Part shown: in pieces, positions 31,678 to 42,500 of the stretch | Numbering within the stretch: the first letter of the stretch is position 1 | Layout: the number at the start of each line of letters is the position of its first letter | Assembly: GCA_044228685.1 (NCBI GenBank) | Contig: JBGAUL010000006.1 | Coordinates: forward strand, 74,616 to 138,615 | DNA length: 64,000 bases | Direction: 5' to 3' | Origin: Chlorobiota bacterium | Lineage (GTDB): Bacteria > Bacteroidota > Ignavibacteria > Kapaibacteriales > NICIL-2 | The notes under the pieces: model-generated | Told to the model about the DNA's origin: nothing | Seen by the model: only the letters and a program-made list of their open reading frames with translations | Databases searched by the model: none | Program-made: the position numbers and the translations under genes

Positions 31678-32283
31678 ATGAAAAAAGACACTCCGTCTGC
31701 ACCCTATGTCGCGAAAAGAACTCGCTTATCAAGTTCAGCTCAACAGCGTTTAAGAGCATCTACTCTTGAAAGACCAACAGTGTCCTCTGTTAAGCGAATT
31801 GAAGCTGTCTTCGCGCATTCTGTGACTGAATCCAACTCGTCAATGCTGAACACCAACGAATTCCTGCGGACTTTGCAGCGCACGGAACGGGTCTGGCTGC
31901 AACGACTGCTCAACGACGCTACACGCATACGTTCGCGAGCCCAAGCGCGCTGCTCAGGCTTTGCTGTGGGAGCCTCGCTCATCGACGCAAAGGGTGATTT
32001 GACGAGTGGTGTGAATGTGGAGAGCAGCAGCTATGGTCTGACGATCTGCGCTGAACGCAGCGCTTTAGTTTCGGCTCTCACACAGGCTAAAAGGGATTTC
32101 AGAGCTATTGCAATCGTTGCTGATACTGAGGAACCTACTGCTCCCTGCGGTGCTTGTCGTCAGTTACTTCACGACTACGCACCGGATTTACTTGTCATCA
32201 TGGGTAATCTCAAGGGCAAGATCCGCATTGCTCGACTTGAGCAACTGTTGCCCCACGCCTTTGGATTTGATGCTCTTGGCTGA
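31678..32283 (+). CDS. cdd: cytidine deaminase (homotetrameric type); start uncertain (alternative 31843)
   Basis: FAVGA, GVNVESSSYGLTICAERSA, PCGACRQ, LLPHAF. Confidence 0.9.
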   Translation: MKKDTPSAPYVAKRTRLSSSAQQRLRASTLERPTVSSVKRIEAVFAHSVTESNSSMLNTNEFLRTLQRTERVWLQRLLNDATRIRSRAQARCSGFAVGASLIDAKGDLTSGVNVESSSYGLTICAERSALVSALTQAKRDFRAIAIVADTEEPTAPCGACRQLLHDYAPDLLVIMGNLKGKIRIARLEQLLPHAFGFDALG

Positions 32284-32404
32284 GCTGCCTTAAGCAAAAT
32301 CATACGGCCTGTTAGTTGCACCCAATTCGCGTCAATTACCAAGCTTCTGTGGCTTGCTGCCTCGAAGCATTGTAATTTGCAAGGGTTGAACTACTTGGAA
32401 TTGA

Positions 32405-34267
32405 ATGGAACGGCGCTGTACATACGATCCGCTGCACGAACTCATGGCATATTATGCCGACGCGAGTGCAGTAAAGCAGGAACAAAACACCGAGAATTTT
32501 ACGATTGAGGAGAAACTCAAGCAACGCATCATCGACGGTGATCGATTGGGTATCGACGCTGATTTGCAGAAAGCGCTTGCTACTTATCCGGCTCTTCAGA
32601 TCATTAATGACTTCTTGCTCGACGGAATGAAAGTCGTGGGTGAGCTCTTTGGCTCCGGTCAGATGCAACTACCCTTCGTTCTGCAATCCGCCGAAACCAT
32701 GAAGACCGCCGTCGCTTTTCTCGAGCCATTCATGGATAAAGTTGAAGATGCCAGCGGCAAAGGAACCATGGTGCTGGCAACGGTGAAGGGCGATGTTCAT
32801 GACATCGGCAAGAACTTGGTTGATATCATCCTTTCCAACAACGGTTATCGCGTCATTAATCTCGGCATCAAAGTTCCGCTCGAGAATATGTTGCATGCAG
32901 CAGAAGAACATAAAGCTGATGCGATCGGTATGAGCGGATTGCTGGTGAAGTCGACGGCGATCATGAAGGAAAATTTGGAGCAGATGCAAGCCCGCGGACT
33001 CCGCATACCGGTCGTTCTGGGTGGCGCTGCATTAAATCGTCGTTTTGTTGAAAAGGATTTGCGTCAGGTCTACACCGGACACCTCGCCTACGCCCAAGAC
33101 GCTTTCGATGGTCTGTATTTCATGCAACAACTTGCAGAGAATTCCCTACCGGCAACCCAAGAGAGAGTCATCGAAGAAGAATCTGCATTGGGCATGGAAG
33201 CTAAAATGCAAGCATCGCTCTCCATCGAAGAGCAAGCAGCTAAGGACGTGTACGAAGCTGCCAACGATCGTGGCGCTGCGCTGGATACTTCTCTTCGCTT
33301 GGAACGTGAACAAGAACAATTGGCAGACTTCCCCATCAAGGTTCGTTTGCACGACGACGGTTCGCACCAACGCATTCTTGAACTCAGCTCTAACGTCGAT
33401 CGCAATCAACCGGTGCCACAAGTACCGTTCTACGGTTCACGTATCGTTCGGGATGTGCAGTTGGATAAAATCTACGAGTACATCAATGAAGTGGCGCTGA
33501 TACGCGGACAATGGCAATTCAAACGAGGCAAGCGCAGCGAGGAAGAGTTTAATGCAATCGTCAATACCGAAGCCATTCCGGCTCTGAACTCGCTGAAGCT
33601 CCAATGCAAACGTGAACGATTGTTGCAGCCCGCAGTAGTCTATGGCTATTTCCCCTGCAAAGCTGAGGGCAACGAGTTAGTGATCTTCAAACCAAAAGCA
33701 CAAGAGGATGTGCATGCTGAATGGCAAAGTGTGCGTCCCGGTAGCATTAGTGCTGATCTGCTTGAGGAGTGGTTGCGTTTTAGTTTTCCGCGTCAACACG
33801 AAGGACGCCATCTCTGCATTTCCGATTTCTTCCGTCCAATGGACAGTAGCGAATTCGATGTTGTATCCTTCCAAATCGTCACTGTCGGACGTCGCGCTAG
33901 CGAGTACGCGCACGAGTTGTTTGCAAAAGGTGAATTCCGCGACTACCTCTTCTTCCACGGTCTCAGCGTCGAAAGCGCCGAAGCACTGGCCGAGTATTGG
34001 CACAAGATTGTCCGCACAGAAAGTGGATTTGCCGGCAGCGACTCTGCCGACATTCGCGGATTGTTCTCGCAAGGATATCAAGGCTCGCGCTACTCCTTCG
34101 GTTATCCGGCCTGTCCGAACCTCGAAGACCAGGTTAAACTTTTTGAGCTCTTAAAGCCGGAGCGCATTGAGGTTAGTCTGACGGAGGAATTTCAACTTGT
34201 TCCGGAACAGTCAACGAGCGCCATTGTTTGTCATCACCGTGAAGCTCGTTACTTCAACGTGAAATAG
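32405..34267 (+). CDS. metH: methionine synthase C-terminal half (cap + cobalamin-binding + SAM activation domains)
   Basis: GMKVVGELFG..MQLPFVLQSAE, KGDVHDIGKN (DxHxxG), MSGLL, GGAAL, RYSFGYPACP, PEQST; no Hcy/pterin barrels. Confidence 0.9.
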   Translation: MERRCTYDPLHELMAYYADASAVKQEQNTENFTIEEKLKQRIIDGDRLGIDADLQKALATYPALQIINDFLLDGMKVVGELFGSGQMQLPFVLQSAETMKTAVAFLEPFMDKVEDASGKGTMVLATVKGDVHDIGKNLVDIILSNNGYRVINLGIKVPLENMLHAAEEHKADAIGMSGLLVKSTAIMKENLEQMQARGLRIPVVLGGAALNRRFVEKDLRQVYTGHLAYAQDAFDGLYFMQQLAENSLPATQERVIEEESALGMEAKMQASLSIEEQAAKDVYEAANDRGAALDTSLRLEREQEQLADFPIKVRLHDDGSHQRILELSSNVDRNQPVPQVPFYGSRIVRDVQLDKIYEYINEVALIRGQWQFKRGKRSEEEFNAIVNTEAIPALNSLKLQCKRERLLQPAVVYGYFPCKAEGNELVIFKPKAQEDVHAEWQSVRPGSISADLLEEWLRFSFPRQHEGRHLCISDFFRPMDSSEFDVVSFQIVTVGRRASEYAHELFAKGEFRDYLFFHGLSVESAEALAEYWHKIVRTESGFAGSDSADIRGLFSQGYQGSRYSFGYPACPNLEDQVKLFELLKPERIEVSLTEEFQLVPEQSTSAIVCHHREARYFNVK

Positions 34268-34297
34268 TAGATCCATTGTTCACTTCGATTCAGATCC

Positions 34298-35077
34298 ATG
34301 CCTCGCTTTAAAATCACTCTCGAATATGAAGGAACCCGCTACAGTGGATGGCAGGCGCAGAAGAATGCTCGCACTGTTCAGGGCGAATTGATCGGCGCAG
34401 CGCGCGTGGTATTCGGTCGAGAAGATTTTGAACTTATGGGTGCCGGTCGTACTGACGCCGGCGTTCACGCACTTGCGCAAGTGGCTCACCTCGATGTATC
34501 AACAATGTTGGCTCCGCACATCATTCGCATGAAACTGAATGATGAATTGCCGGCAGATGTAAATGTGTTGGAAGTTGCAAAAGCGGGACCCCGCTTTCAC
34601 GCACGACACGATGCCGTTGCTCGATCATATCTCTATCAAATCTCTACGCGTCGCAGTGCCTTTGCAAAGCGATTCGTGTGGTGGATCAAAGACAGTTTGG
34701 ATCTTGCAGCAATGAGCTCAGCTGCTGAGCGATTCGAGGGCATGCACGACTTCGCCTCCTTTACACGAGATGATCCGGAAGAAAAATCAACCAAAGTGTT
34801 GATGGATGAAGTGCGTCTTGAACGATGCGGTTCATTGATTCTCATTCGTCTTACTGCATCGCATTATCTCTGGAACATGGTTCGTCAGATCGTTGGAACA
34901 CTCGTCGAAGTTGGTCGTGGCAGCATGAACGTCCGCGATATCGATAGATTGCTGAGTGTGCGAACTGATGAGACGAGAAAGCTTACAGCTTCTCCAAGCG
35001 GATTGTTTTTAGAGAGAATCTATTACAAGGGCGATGATCGTAATCCGGAGCTACGTCCGGTACTAGACGTGTGGTAA
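34298..35077 (+). CDS. truA: tRNA pseudouridine(38-40) synthase
   Basis: EYEGTRYSGWQ, AGRTDAGVHA, FHAR, G.HDFASF, LWNMVR, ASPSGLFL. Confidence 0.95.
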   Translation: MPRFKITLEYEGTRYSGWQAQKNARTVQGELIGAARVVFGREDFELMGAGRTDAGVHALAQVAHLDVSTMLAPHIIRMKLNDELPADVNVLEVAKAGPRFHARHDAVARSYLYQISTRRSAFAKRFVWWIKDSLDLAAMSSAAERFEGMHDFASFTRDDPEEKSTKVLMDEVRLERCGSLILIRLTASHYLWNMVRQIVGTLVEVGRGSMNVRDIDRLLSVRTDETRKLTASPSGLFLERIYYKGDDRNPELRPVLDVW

Positions 35078-35081
35078 GAAT

Positions 35082-36008
35082 CTACACTCGACTCTCAACA
35101 TCCTGCAGTTTCCTCAATGCTCCTTCAATGAGCGAGTCTTCGGCTTCGTGCCATTGTATTCCACCCAATTCCTGAATCTGCTTCTTCATGCGTCGCACCA
35201 TGAGAGGATGCTCGGCAATGCCGCCCATGCAGCATAGCTTGACCTGATGCAGGCGCAAGCTTCTGCTCAGTGCTTGAACCATTTGAAGCAAGAGGTCACT
35301 TGCAGAGGAGAGAATATTCGCTGCTGCTCTGTCGCCTGTAGATGCACACTCGAAGACTAACGGCGCAAGTGCTGCAGGTTGAACTTCGCCATTTGAGACC
35401 ATCATCGCTAAGGCGCGTGCTTCGGAAGGAAGATTGAGATGCAATTCTGCAGCGACTTTGTCCATGAGCATCGATGGTTTTGATCTACCATCACAACACC
35501 GCAGAACTTGAGAGACGGCGCGACGTCCGATCCATGCGCCACTGCCTTCGTCGCCAACCACCGGACCATAGCCTCCGACTCGACAAATGCTTCCGTCTTC
35601 ATCGCGCGCAATTGCAATAGAACCGGTTCCGCTAATCAAGAGTATTCCTCTGCCTTCCGGGAAAATTGCATCGTAGGCCATCATGGCGTCGGAACTTACT
35701 TCGACTTTGGGTAGCGCATACATCTGCGCATTGGCAGACTCGTAGAGTTTGTCGCGCAAGAGATCACACTCTTGTGCTTCCCATACACCCGACATACCGA
35801 TGCTCACACCTTTGATACGACTGAAGGGAACGTCTGCTTCAAGACAGGTTTGTAGGATGAGATCGAAGAGCATCCTACCGGATTGATCAAATCCCACGAC
35901 CGATGGTTTGGCACTTGGTGCCGTCGATTCCGCAAGCACAGCATTCTCATCCGTCAGGATGCTCCGCGTGCCGCTACCACCGCCGTCAATGATTATGTAA
36001 TACTTCAT
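35082..36008 (-). CDS. BadF/BadG/BcrA/BcrD-type N-acetylglucosamine/muramic acid kinase-like protein
   Basis: IDGGGSGTR, ISGTGSI, GGYGPVVGDEGSGAWIG. Confidence 0.85.
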   Translation of the reverse strand: MKYYIIIDGGGSGTRSILTDENAVLAESTAPSAKPSVVGFDQSGRMLFDLILQTCLEADVPFSRIKGVSIGMSGVWEAQECDLLRDKLYESANAQMYALPKVEVSSDAMMAYDAIFPEGRGILLISGTGSIAIARDEDGSICRVGGYGPVVGDEGSGAWIGRRAVSQVLRCCDGRSKPSMLMDKVAAELHLNLPSEARALAMMVSNGEVQPAALAPLVFECASTGDRAAANILSSASDLLLQMVQALSRSLRLHQVKLCCMGGIAEHPLMVRRMKKQIQELGGIQWHEAEDSLIEGALRKLQDVESRV

Positions 36009-36112
36009 GCCCTATCTCTAAGTCGCTGCAAAATACGAGGAAGCAGCGTCGTGTAGTACCCTCACACCCGTGCTTTGTCAAAGCAGTCTCGCTGCCGGAT
36101 CAGCCTAAAACG

Positions 36113-36143
36113 ACAAGAGCCCGACATAATTGCGGGCTCTTGT
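36113..36143 (-). terminator. hairpin/terminator after DUF1501 gene
   Basis: ACAAGAGCCCG...CGGGCTCTTGT perfect 11-bp stem. Confidence 0.75.
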
Positions 36144-36179
36144 TGTTGTATTTGCTGAAGTGACTGCACCGAGGCGCGA

Positions 36180-37772
36180 CTAACGCACAACCATCATTGG
36201 CACTGTTTGAATTCGCGATGCGCATTGTATACGCCAGTAGTAGTTGCCACTCACGAGACCAGATGCGTCGTATTGTAGAGTGTGCGGTCCGGCGCTGAGT
36301 TGCTGTTCAAACACAACATCCACTTCACGTCCTGTGTGATCAAACAGCGACAAACGAGCTACCGATCCATCTGCTTCAATGCTCAAATTCACGCGACTCG
36401 AGGCCGGATTTGGAGCGCAGCTGAGAATGTCTTGTGAAATCACCGAAGCATCCTCGCGCACGTCCGAAGCAGTCGAGCTGTTGATGAGTGGAAGGTATGG
36501 ATAATCTCCCATGAGCAAGGTCCGAACATCGGCTTCATTGACGCAGAGCCAATCACGTAGCAGCGTTGCATAGACTGAACGGAAATCATAGGTCATCGGC
36601 ACATTGTCATTACCTGTAACAGTAGCCGGAATCACCGGATTAGCTCCTAAAACCTTGCCGCCAAGCACATTCGTTCCAAACACGAACAGTGGAGCCGCAG
36701 CGCCGTGATCGGTACCGTTGCTTCCATTCTGTTGCATACGTCGACCGAACTCGGAGAAGGTCATACCAACAACCTTCTGATCGATATTCAGCAGCTTCAA
36801 GTCATCCATGAAGGCGTCCAAGGCCACTGACAATTGATTCAGCAACTGCGGATGTGAATACGGAGTACCGTTGCCACCATTTAACTGATTGGCGTGTGTG
36901 TCATAGCCAGGCTGGGTAACGAGATATACGCGGGTCTTGAGTCCGCCGGCAATCAACTGCGCGACAATCTTCAACTGATCCGACAAAGTATTGCCTGCAT
37001 TTGCAGCCGGATACTTCGTCGATAGGTTCTTCGCTTTGGAAGCAGCATCTTTCACCGGTGTTGCGAAATGTTGGATTTGCATGCCGGTCTTGCGGACGAA
37101 ATCCAGCTCATCCAGAAAACGACTATTCTTCTGTGTGCCTTCACCGTAGTTCACGATGTTGTAGAAGGTCGTTGGATTGGAGAATGCCATCGCCATGTTG
37201 GCGGTAGCCGCTTCAGTCGTGAGCGAGACAAAATTTCCAACCTGAATAGCAATAGGATGCGGCATCCATTGATTGGGATATCCGCTTGGGAATCCCGGAT
37301 ACTTGCTGTCAAGCCAACGTCCCAGCCATCCGGTCTCGACAATCTTATCAGAATCAGAAGCTGACATCCAGATATCAGTTGAGCGGAAGTGTGAGGTGTC
37401 AGGCACGGGATAACCCACGCTCTGCACAACTTTCACCATACCGGAATTATAGCGATTGAAGAGCTCAGACATTTGTGGATGCAAGCCCGTGGCGTTGGTC
37501 AGCCTTAAAGCTGCGCCGCTGCCGCTATCAGGTACCGCGATGTTTGGTCGAGCGGCCTTGTAGTTCGAATATTGATCGAGTGGAATGATTGTGTTCAAAC
37601 CATCGTTACCACCGGCCATCTGTACGAGAACCAAGATGCGGTCGTCGCAGGCAATGGAATCGATCATGCTCAAGAAGGGCGACTGCGTAAATGCCTTGAG
37701 CTTCATACCACCGAGCATAAAAGGAAGAACTGTTCCTGCTCCCATCATGCTGATAAAACTTCTGCGCTTCAT
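36180..37772 (-). CDS. DUF1501-family protein with Tat-like leader and T9SS-type CTD
   Basis: MKRRSFI leader; GGNDGLN, SHFRSTDIW, GWLGR, GYDTHANQ, FSEFGRR, GTDHG, DFRSVYA; APNPAS...GNYY CTD. Confidence 0.9.
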   Translation of the reverse strand: MKRRSFISMMGAGTVLPFMLGGMKLKAFTQSPFLSMIDSIACDDRILVLVQMAGGNDGLNTIIPLDQYSNYKAARPNIAVPDSGSGAALRLTNATGLHPQMSELFNRYNSGMVKVVQSVGYPVPDTSHFRSTDIWMSASDSDKIVETGWLGRWLDSKYPGFPSGYPNQWMPHPIAIQVGNFVSLTTEAATANMAMAFSNPTTFYNIVNYGEGTQKNSRFLDELDFVRKTGMQIQHFATPVKDAASKAKNLSTKYPAANAGNTLSDQLKIVAQLIAGGLKTRVYLVTQPGYDTHANQLNGGNGTPYSHPQLLNQLSVALDAFMDDLKLLNIDQKVVGMTFSEFGRRMQQNGSNGTDHGAAAPLFVFGTNVLGGKVLGANPVIPATVTGNDNVPMTYDFRSVYATLLRDWLCVNEADVRTLLMGDYPYLPLINSSTASDVREDASVISQDILSCAPNPASSRVNLSIEADGSVARLSLFDHTGREVDVVFEQQLSAGPHTLQYDASGLVSGNYYWRIQCASRIQTVPMMVVR

Positions 37773-37856
37773 AATTATCTCCGAGATTTTTATTTGCTAT
37801 CGTTAGAATGAGTCCCCACCTTGTTCGCCGACAATCCGGCACCATCACGTTGTTTC

Positions 37857-39476
37857 TTATGCCAAGTGATATTCAGCCATGTTGAGCATAAACTTGACGA
37901 GTTGTCGGAGCTTATTCTCGACAGCTGCTCGAGCCGTTGTGTTTGTTTCGTCAGCTAAGAACGTATTCCATTCCGCTCCCCACTCATAATCCGGCAAACC
38001 ACCAAGGAGCGCCGCTTTGAAATTCTTGATCGTGTCATCCGGAATCGTCACCGGGAAACACCACGAAGCCCATTCACGAATAAGAGCCTCAGGATCCGAC
38101 GGACTGTCGCAGCGCTTAGCGGCTTCTATCACGTCGAAATAACCTTTGTCATACTGCTCGTCGATGGTCATACCATCCGTCGACAAGTCATTAATAAACT
38201 TCACGCGCTTCTGAACAGAATCGGTGTTGATCCACAATTCATGGAAGAACGGAGCTTGATAATAGGCTGCCCATCCGGCAACATTAGGAGGATTGAGAGG
38301 CTCTTGCTGCATGGTGTTAAGCAGTTTGCGAAGAGTACGTCCACCCCAGAAAAGTTGCGCTGTATCAGTTTCGAAGAAATCGGGTGCTCTGAAGTTGCGT
38401 AAAGTGCCAACGACAAAGTCAACCGGACTCTTGATCAAGCAACCACGAATTGATGCGTCGTAGAAAAAGGCACTCTTGAACAGAGTCTCGAGAACCGGCT
38501 TGATTTCAAAGCCACTGCTTTTCAGAATTACAGCCAAAGGCTTGATGATCTGTTGCTCGATGGCGTCGTCAATTTTGTAATCAACGAACCACAGGTAGAT
38601 CTTGCGACAAATGCGCTCTGCTGTTGCAGGCTGTGCGAAGATCATGTTGAGCAAATCGTCAATCTCGCGTCGTGCCGCAGTCTCACTCGTTCCGCCTTTA
38701 ATCACCGTATTACCATAGGCCGCGCTGAATTGTTTGTCGCCGGAGTCGTGGTTGGATGATGTGAACTTCGATGAGATTGAAGCAGGCAAATCTGACCAAC
38801 CTGTGAGCACACGTGCGGCGGCTTTTACATCATCTTCGGTGTAGTTGGTGTAGTTGCCAACTGAGACTTCCGGACCTTTGCCAATGCTGAACAACTCCTG
38901 AATCTCGCGACCATAGTTTTCATTGGGATGAGCTTTGGTGTTTGAATTACCACTGAGCCAGCGAAGCATTGCCGGATCGAAAGTGATCTGACGAACGAGG
39001 TCTTTCACGTTGCCAAGCGCATAATCTCGAATGAGAGAATTCTGCTTGTACATGTATCGAGCATCTTTTACGCTGTTGTTTGATGTGGCAAAGTGATTAT
39101 GCCAGAACAATGTCATCTTCTCGGTGATGTTGGTCGACTGATTCAACATCAAGTTCTGCCACCAGGTTTGCAAGAAGAAGAAACGCTGTGTTTCAGTATT
39201 CGCGTCGTAGCTCGCCTCGGTCCAAGGTGAACCTTTTACGACACTACCGGAATTGATGTATGCGACCGGTTCCGCCGGCGATGTAGGTATTTCGAGCAGC
39301 GAATTGACTGCCTCGTTCACCGATTTCGAGAGTAGTGTTTTGACGTCGGATTTGGTCGAACCAAAGAGCGTTCGACGAGCCAGGTGGGCTGCTTCAGCCC
39401 AGGTCCAAGCACCGGCGTACGGCTCTAATCCTGCAGATAACACACGTTTTGAACCAGAATTCTCTGTTTTCTTCAT
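37857..39476 (-). CDS. DUF1800-family protein
   Basis: HLARRTLFG, EKMTLFWHNHFAT, PAMLRWL, PNENYGRE, YTEDDV..AARVLTGW, KSP, PPNVAGW; start moved to MKKTEN. Confidence 0.9.
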   Translation of the reverse strand: MKKTENSGSKRVLSAGLEPYAGAWTWAEAAHLARRTLFGSTKSDVKTLLSKSVNEAVNSLLEIPTSPAEPVAYINSGSVVKGSPWTEASYDANTETQRFFFLQTWWQNLMLNQSTNITEKMTLFWHNHFATSNNSVKDARYMYKQNSLIRDYALGNVKDLVRQITFDPAMLRWLSGNSNTKAHPNENYGREIQELFSIGKGPEVSVGNYTNYTEDDVKAAARVLTGWSDLPASISSKFTSSNHDSGDKQFSAAYGNTVIKGGTSETAARREIDDLLNMIFAQPATAERICRKIYLWFVDYKIDDAIEQQIIKPLAVILKSSGFEIKPVLETLFKSAFFYDASIRGCLIKSPVDFVVGTLRNFRAPDFFETDTAQLFWGGRTLRKLLNTMQQEPLNPPNVAGWAAYYQAPFFHELWINTDSVQKRVKFINDLSTDGMTIDEQYDKGYFDVIEAAKRCDSPSDPEALIREWASWCFPVTIPDDTIKNFKAALLGGLPDYEWGAEWNTFLADETNTTARAAVENKLRQLVKFMLNMAEYHLA

Positions 39477-39587
39477 TGTTAGATCCCCGGAAACAATTGA
39501 ATTGCGATGTGAAGTGTCAATCACGTACTAACCCACGTTGCGTGTCGTGGTTACACGTGATTGGCAAAATATCAAACTAAATTTTCA

Positions 39588-42500
39588 TTAGTGCATGATC
39601 AGCACCGGCAGACGAAGAAACTGCCCGTCGTCAGAACGAATCTCAATGAGATAATAACCGGTTGAAAGCGTTGCTGTCGAAAGCTCCATGTGCGCCTTGC
39701 CGGCAGTAAACACATGCTCTTCTTGTTGAAGTAGACGCCCATCGGAAGAATGGAATCGTACTTCCACCTTGCCACCCGGACAATTCAGCAGATCAATTGG
39801 CAGCACTTCATCAGCCGGTTGACGCTTGACAAGCGCTGTCATGACTTCCGCGACTTGTATTCTCGCCCATTTCACGCATGCTTGTACCGAGAAGTCGCCA
39901 TCGTCATAATTCAACACATAATCCTTCGGCTGCGGCAAATCCATCCAGGCTGAATCAATATGCACCATTGTATAGTTCGGTATGCTCTGCATGCCTTGTG
40001 CACGGATGAAGCACAGCGTATCGCTTTTGCCTAGGCTGTGTGAACCGTCATCCGAGATTTGTAGCAACAAATACTGCGGAGTCTTGATGAATGGCACGGC
40101 TTCTCCTAATTCTTTCCTCTGGCGATGCAAACTAAGCACATTCATTACTGAGTGATTGAATGTCAGGCGTATCATCAACGAACGTGGCAGAGCCTTGTAT
40201 AGCGCTTGATCAGAAGTATCGTTGGTGCGCAATACTACCCACATGTCAGCGGTGTCAGCTACGTCAACAATGACGCCATTCTCAACGTCGAGCTCAGCCG
40301 TGTAGAGTTCTTTTGGTACAAGTGCTGTGCATGTGACACGTGTAGAATCTTCGCACACACTGCGCTCGAGCAGAACGATGTCGGCGCTGAAAGGTCCGAC
40401 GACTGTGGCAGTAAAGCGCGCACTTATGGACACAACATCACCAACTTGCAAGAGTGTATCAAGCGAACCACTGAGCGTGATGTCCTGACTCGATTGGTTT
40501 GCTAAGCGCACTCCGACAAGACGTCGTGCAGCATCGGAGTGATTTGCGACGTCGATTACAAGAGTCTTTGACGCTCCCTTCCAGACGGTACCGAAGTCAA
40601 GTTTGGTCGGACTTACTTGTAAATGCGGAGCGACGATCTGCGCGCGAACTCTGACTGAAATGTCCTGACCACAAACGACGCTATGCCACACCATCATTTG
40701 ATCGATCTTTTGAGCACTCAAACCCTTGGGATCGAAGCCAATGGTGACACTATCGCTACCACGCGATGTAAGCACAATCTGCGTCACACTGAGGCGCAGA
40801 GCCGCGTTTAGTTGCGTCGAACACTTCAGAGTATCAATAAGCAATCCATCGTTCCAGAATCGAATGGTTTTGGAGCGAAGTAGGTCACATGATTCGAGTA
40901 CACCAAAATCAATCACCGTATCAATCGCCACTGACTGAGTCTTTCTGAAAGAAGAGTGCAACGGAATGTGAACTGGTTGAGCGTTGTATGAAGTCGTGAA
41001 TTGAATACTCAGATCTGCGGTGTCAATGCTCTCGCTTAAGTGCTCAGCACGAACGACGATTGGAATCGGACTTCCTTTATGCACTACCAGCGGCAATGTT
41101 TTCGGTTCAAGAAGTGTAAAGACCGTAGAGCCCTTTGCATCGAGATTCACCACAAGAAGTGAGTCGTCACTGCCGCCATCATTTCGAACATACACGGTAT
41201 CGTAAGCAACAACTGAGCTACAGCGTTGATCGGGAAAGTCGATTCGTGATTTGGAAATCGATACGAGTGTCTGCGATGCATTAATCGTGATGTCAGTCGT
41301 CACAGATGCCGGACACAGTCCGGAAGAACTGCAAACCAAGCTGCTATGTAGCACACCCGCTGTTGTAGGACGAGCTTCGACTTCAACAGTAACGAATGAC
41401 CCCGGACTTACACGTACCGGCAAAGTCGGTTGCTTTATGATTGAGAGTTCCGGAAGTGCAGGATTCAAGGCAATAGCATCGATCAGAACTTCATCACTTC
41501 CATCCGACCAAACCTGAATCGAAAATTGAGCCACCGAACCAACAGTCATTGTCGTATCAATGCTCTTCGGGACCGTCCGTAACAGCATCGAAACACACTC
41601 ACCATGGATTGGTATTGCTATGCGCGCACTGTCACATGGTTGAATACTCAGCACGAGAGAATCATTAAAGACACCAACCTTTTGTGCTTGGAAAGTGATC
41701 GTAAAACGAAGTGAATCGTGTGCTTTCAGTACGGCCGGTAGAGTTACACTGCTGACAGCACTAAAAGGAGTCTGCAGTGGCGGTGGTTCAAGCACGGTAA
41801 TGTCAGCACTACCGGTGTTGTACAAGGTGAGCGTGCGAACCTGACTCGTGCCCGGACATAATTTTCCGAAATCAATTTTCTGTACAGAAAGTGAATCGCT
41901 GACACCACTCGACGGGCCCTGCAACTGCACGTCCATCAGACTGCGATTGCCACGTGTGGTTGTTTGATCGTTGTTTGTAAAACGCAAGACAGCAGACTTT
42001 GGACCGCTACTCAAAGGCGTGAAGCGAATGAGCAGGTACTTTGTCTTTCCGGGTTTGATACTAACGGGCAAAGACTCGCCCGTCGACCAACCCAGAATGA
42101 CGAAGTCGGATGAACCACTTGCGATGTAGTTGTTCGAAACAATGAGGTCTGCATTCCCTGTATTTGTCACCGGGATCGAATCCAAAACCGGTGCAAAACA
42201 TGTCGAGCTGTAGTTGCGCTGTAGAGGCGTATTGATAATCGGCGAGACGCCATACACACGAAGCGTGAAGGTCGTGTCGTGAACACAGGGTCCGATACGA
42301 ATACGCACGCGACCGATCTGCCAACCTGTATCAGGACAAACAATGGTAAATCCAACAGTGCCACCACCACTTGGAATGATAATCGGAAGAGAATTCTCGA
42401 GAGTAAATGTCGCACCACTGATTCGTTGAACTTGAATTACTTGGTCGCTTAGCGATCCAGTATTCGTCCATTGTGTGAGCACTCGAATCGGTGTTCCGCA

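Noticed and set aside
32284-32404. Cobalamin or SAM riboswitch upstream of the metH half
   Set aside because: Region is too short and lacks B12-box or SAM-I consensus elements
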